A stretch of DNA of 64,000 nt from Myxococcota bacterium (GTDB taxonomy: Bacteria; Myxococcota_A; Polyangia; Nannocystales; Nannocystaceae), in contig JBCCWC010000005.1 of assembly GCA_039194325.1 (NCBI GenBank), forward strand, positions 32,001 to 96,000. Reading direction: 5' to 3'. Below, one piece after another: positions 60,462 through 64,000 of this stretch (position 1 is its first letter; every line of letters starts with the position of its first letter). Below the pieces are notes generated by a model, which saw only the letters and a list, made by a program, of their open reading frames with translations, was not told the origin of the DNA and made no database searches. Made by a program: the position numbers and the translations under genes.

Positions 60462-61223
60462 GTGATTGCGCCGCAATTTCCAGACCTTGTTGGGTCCTCG
60501 ACGCTCGGTCCTCTGCTGTCCGCCGTCGATCTGGTCGGGCTGCTCACCGCCTCACAGGGCATCGTCCTCGGCGTTGTGATCATCTTGCTGTTGCTGGTGG
60601 CCCTGACGATCTTCGTCCTCTTCTACAAGCTGGTGCACATCACGCAGGCGCAGTCCCAGTCGATCACGTTCCTCGATCGCTTCTGGGAGAGCAAGCGGCT
60701 CGACGAGATCTACCAGGTCGCCGAGCGCCTCAAGCGAAGCCCGATCGCGGCCATGTTTCGGGCGGGCTATGTCGAGCTGTCCAAGGTCAAGCGCACCCGC
60801 GACGCGGCCTCCCAGCAGCAGTACGGCATGGAGGCCACCGTCTCCATGCACGATCGTGCGGGCGACGCCGACAATGTGGAGCGCGCGCTGGCCCGCGCCC
60901 GGCTGTCGGAGAACACCAAGCTGGAGAACCTGCTGCCCTTCTTGGCGACGACCGGCTCGTCCGCTCCCTTCATCGGGCTGTTCGGAACGGTCTGGGGCAT
61001 CATGGAGGCATTCCTGAGCATCGCCGCGCAGGGCAGCGCCGAGCTCGGTGAGGTCTCGCAGCCCATCGCCGAGGCGCTGGTCACCACCGCGCTCGCCCTC
61101 GCTAGCGCGGTTCCCGCGGTCGTGGCCTACAACTACTTCCAGCGGCGGCTCAAGGTGCTCAACGCGGAGATGAGCAACTTTTCCAATGATTTCATGAATA
61201 TCGTCAAGCGGCACTTCTTCTAA
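60462..61223 (+). CDS. tolQ: TolQ (MotA/TolQ/ExbB family)
   Basis: FLATTGSSAPFIGLFGTVWGIM, IAEALVTTA, AVPAVVAYN; upstream of tolR-tolA-tolB. Confidence 0.9.
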   Translation: MIAPQFPDLVGSSTLGPLLSAVDLVGLLTASQGIVLGVVIILLLLVALTIFVLFYKLVHITQAQSQSITFLDRFWESKRLDEIYQVAERLKRSPIAAMFRAGYVELSKVKRTRDAASQQQYGMEATVSMHDRAGDADNVERALARARLSENTKLENLLPFLATTGSSAPFIGLFGTVWGIMEAFLSIAAQGSAELGEVSQPIAEALVTTALALASAVPAVVAYNYFQRRLKVLNAEMSNFSNDFMNIVKRHFF

Positions 61224-61280
61224 GCGGGGCGCTCGCACTCGGAGCGCTCGGGATCCTCGCTCGGCAGATCATCGTCAAGC

Positions 61281-61739
61281 ATGGCGCGTAGCATCATCAA
61301 CGAGGACGTCACCGGCGACGAGCCGATGACGGCCATCAACGTCACCTCCCTGGTGGACGTGATGTTCTGCCTGCTCATCATGTTCATGGTCGCCACCCCG
61401 CTGATGTCGCCCGAGGGCCTCGAGGTCGAGATCCCCGCCGCCCGCGGCGAGGAGATCACCGAAGAGGAATTCCTCTATACGGTGATCTCGGTCGACAAGA
61501 CCGGGCGCGCGTTCTTGGGCACCCTGCCTTTGTCCCAGGATCCCGAGAAGATGAAGGAAGAGCTGGCCAACAACGCGAAGATCCAAGAAGACGGCCAGGT
61601 TTTCATCCAGGGGGATCAGAACGTCGACCACGCTCGGATCGTCGATATCCTGGTGGCTCTCAAGGATGCGGAGGTCTCGCAGGTCGGGTTCGTCACCGAT
61701 CCCAACGCCAAGCGCATCGCGGAGATGAAGAACCAATGA
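61281..61739 (+). CDS. tolR: TolR (ExbD family)
   Basis: INVTSLVDVMFCLLIMFMVATP. Confidence 0.88.
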   Translation: MARSIINEDVTGDEPMTAINVTSLVDVMFCLLIMFMVATPLMSPEGLEVEIPAARGEEITEEEFLYTVISVDKTGRAFLGTLPLSQDPEKMKEELANNAKIQEDGQVFIQGDQNVDHARIVDILVALKDAEVSQVGFVTDPNAKRIAEMKNQ

Positions 61740-62593
61740 ACGCTCCTCGCCCCGTTCGCGTCCGCACCGGCAACCCGATCTCCGCGATCTTCGGCTCCTT
61801 CTCCCGCGATCTGGTCGATCTGTTCCGCAACCCGGTGGCCTTCTTCGGGGGCCTGGGCGGCATGATGCTCACCTCGGTGCTGCTGTTCTTCGGCTTTACC
61901 ATCATGGCCAACGCCGAGGACGACGGGGAGGAGGACGACGAGTTCCTCATCGATTTCGAGCCGGGCACGCTGGTCAAGATCGGCGTGGAAATGGAGGAGC
62001 AGGAGATCCCGGAGAAGATCATCGTCCAGGAGACCCGGGCCGAGGAGGACACGGTCAACGAGACGGTGACCGAGGAGGAAGACGCCAAGCCCACGGAGGA
62101 GCCTCCGCCCGAGCCCGACAAGAAGCCCAAGAAGACCGACAAGCCGCCGCCCCGGGAGAAGAAGGACAAGAAGCTCCCCACCTCCAAGCTGCCGACCAGC
62201 GCCAACACGCCCTACAAGAAGGATCTGCCCACGGTCACGCAGCCCAAGGGGGACCCCTTTGGTGACCCCGGTGGCTGGAGCGACCTCAAGAAAGACGGCG
62301 ATCCCTGGGCTACGCAGGTGATGAAGGCCCTCAACAACATGAAGGTGGGCGCCTACGCGGCCAAGGCGGGCAGCGGTAACTTCAAGTTCCAGCTGAAGGT
62401 CTGCAAGGACGGTCGGATCTCGCACGTCAGCAAGAAGGGGGGCAGCCTGGCCGCCGACGGTCAGAACGCGGTGCGCCTGGCCCTCGAGCAGCTGAAGATC
62501 CCCAAGCCGCCGGCCAAGGTGTCCAGCAAGATGAAGGGCAGCTGCGCCACGATCCGATACACCTTCAACTGGAGCGCGAGCGGCGTACGGTAG
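61736..62593 (+). CDS. tolA: TolA/TonB-like energy transducer
   Basis: Single TM helix, acidic then Pro/Lys-rich stalk, TonB-C-like domain; lies between tolR and tolB. Confidence 0.7.
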   Translation: MNAPRPVRVRTGNPISAIFGSFSRDLVDLFRNPVAFFGGLGGMMLTSVLLFFGFTIMANAEDDGEEDDEFLIDFEPGTLVKIGVEMEEQEIPEKIIVQETRAEEDTVNETVTEEEDAKPTEEPPPEPDKKPKKTDKPPPREKKDKKLPTSKLPTSANTPYKKDLPTVTQPKGDPFGDPGGWSDLKKDGDPWATQVMKALNNMKVGAYAAKAGSGNFKFQLKVCKDGRISHVSKKGGSLAADGQNAVRLALEQLKIPKPPAKVSSKMKGSCATIRYTFNWSASGVR

Positions 62594-62610
62594 AGGGCAC
62601 GCCCGGCCTT

Positions 62611-62664
62611 GATGCCCGGGTGGAATGCCCCCGGTGGGATGCCCCGGTGGGATGCCCCGGTGGG
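62611..62664. repeat. About 13-bp imperfect tandem repeat (GGGATGCCCCGGT, ~x4)
   Basis: Read directly between tolA and tolB. Confidence 0.8.
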
Positions 62665-62761
62665 CCCGTCCGAGCCGGGCGTTCGGGCTCCCGAATCGGG
62701 GCCTTTTCCTGGCTGGCGGCCGTCGCTATCCTTTCGCCGATTTGCTCAGAAGGGTCCACCG

Positions 62762-64000
62762 ATGAACCGAACTGCGTTGGGAACCATGGTGCTCGCGTCC
62801 ACCCTTTCCGCCGGGGCGTACTGGGCGGGACAGGACGTGGCGGTCGCCGATGCGGCCACGGCCGTCCAGGACGTCGACGTCAACACCACCGTCACGCTGC
62901 TGCGGCTGGCTGTGCCCGCGGGTGACGAGGTGGGCAACGTCGTCCGTCGCGACGCGGAGATCAGCGCCGGTTTCGAGGTGATCGATCGTCGGTCGATCCC
63001 CGCCGCGCTCATCAAGGAAAAGGGCTTCAGCCGCGACCAGTGGAACAAGATCGGCGCCCAGGCGGTGATCAAGAACGCCAACGTCGGCAACCAGGTCAAG
63101 TTCCAGCTGTACGACCTGGCCAAGGGCAGCAAGCCGGTGCTGTCCAAGGGCTTCCCGGCGGGCAACACCCGCAAGGCGGCCCATATGTTCATGAACGAGG
63201 TGATCAAGTACTACACGGGCATCCCTGGGGTGTTCGGGTCGCGGATCGCCTTCGTCCGGACGCGCCGCAACCCCTCGGTGAGCAAGAACGTGTTCACCAT
63301 GGAGATGGACGGCGGCAACGTCTCCGGGGTCACCGGCAACCGCTCGCTCAACATCCTGCCCTCGCTGGGTCCCGGCGGTCAGGTGGTGTTCACCAGCTAC
63401 GCCAAGCGCAACCCCGACCTGTGGATGAGCTCCGGCGGCGGGCCGGTGCGGGTCAGCAAGTACCCCGGCCTCAACCTCGGCGGCGTGATGAGCCCCAACG
63501 GAGGCACCATCGCGCTCACCCTGTCCAAGGACGGCAACAGCGAGCTTTACACGATCGACACCAGCGGCAACATCAAGGGGCGGCTGACCAGCAACGCCGC
63601 GATCGATGGGTCGCCCACCTGGAGCGGGGCGGGCAACCAGATCGCGTTCGTCTCCAACCGGGCCGGGGGTCCGCAGGTCTATCGAATGGCCGCCGGTGGT
63701 GGCGGAGCCAAGCGGGTGACCAAGAAGGGCAGCTATAACCAAACCCCCGACTGGAGCCACGGCGAGGGCGAGCTGGCCAACTGGATCACCTACGCCGGTC
63801 GGGCCGGCTCCGGGTTCGACATCTTCTCGGTCAACGTCAAGAGCGGCAAGGTCAAGCGCCTCAGCCAGGGTGGGGGTCGCAACACCGATCCTTCCTATGC
63901 ACCCGACGGTCGACTGGTGGCGTGGTCCTCGTCGCGTGGGGGCATCGTGGTCGCCAACGAAGACGGGAACAATCAGATCACCGTCATGAAGGCCGGCTCG
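62762..64000 (+). CDS. tolB: TolB (partial, runs off the window end)
   Basis: Not in the ORF track; hand translation MNRTALGTMVLAS..TGIPGVFGSRIAFV..SPNGGTIALTLSKDGNSELY..SPTWS..IAFVSNRAGGPQVY (PD40 repeats). Confidence 0.92.
   Translation, partial: MNRTALGTMVLASTLSAGAYWAGQDVAVADAATAVQDVDVNTTVTLLRLAVPAGDEVGNVVRRDAEISAGFEVIDRRSIPAALIKEKGFSRDQWNKIGAQAVIKNANVGNQVKFQLYDLAKGSKPVLSKGFPAGNTRKAAHMFMNEVIKYYTGIPGVFGSRIAFVRTRRNPSVSKNVFTMEMDGGNVSGVTGNRSLNILPSLGPGGQVVFTSYAKRNPDLWMSSGGGPVRVSKYPGLNLGGVMSPNGGTIALTLSKDGNSELYTIDTSGNIKGRLTSNAAIDGSPTWSGAGNQIAFVSNRAGGPQVYRMAAGGGGAKRVTKKGSYNQTPDWSHGEGELANWITYAGRAGSGFDIFSVNVKSGKVKRLSQGGGRNTDPSYAPDGRLVAWSSSRGGIVVANEDGNNQITVMKAGS

Noticed and set aside
60462..62593. 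Gliding-motility motor (AglRQS/Glt) instead of Tol
   Set aside because: Only one ExbD/TolR-like gene, followed by TolA-like and clear TolB genes, matching a tol operon

Overview
High-GC bacterial chromosomal DNA, inferred to be from a myxobacterium (Myxococcota, Nannocystales-like). The inference rests on four Hanks-type Ser/Thr kinases (two with TPR arrays) and many Cys-rich, Ser/Thr-linker lipoproteins. Housekeeping genes: glgC, an S41 protease, a DsbA-family protein, ftsE-ftsX-envC-like, class II ribonucleotide reductase nrdJ (upstream tandem NrdR boxes and DnaA-box-like 9-mers), grxD, and tolQ-tolR-tolA-tolB running off the right end. The strongest candidate for an undescribed system is at 40.7-47.6 kb. 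An H-NOX(heme-NO)-PAS-histidine kinase fusion is divergent from an apparent operon encoding a response regulator with no recognisable output domain, a divergent cytoplasmic nitrate-reductase/formate-dehydrogenase-like molybdoenzyme with a remodelled Fe-S motif, and a sensor-less histidine kinase. This suggests a NOx-generating or NOx-sensing signalling module. Other points of interest: a lipoprotein with a mucin/CILP-type WxxW (CysD) domain inside a rearranged segmental duplication (3.5-9.5 kb); a VapC toxin whose apparent antitoxin tail is fused to a ~230 aa unknown domain; a three-member Cys-rich lipoprotein family; and many micro-duplications at gene ends. I saw no rRNA, tRNA, CRISPR array, transposase or integrase. 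All calls are by eye from sequence motifs, no database searches were run, and start codons are best estimates.
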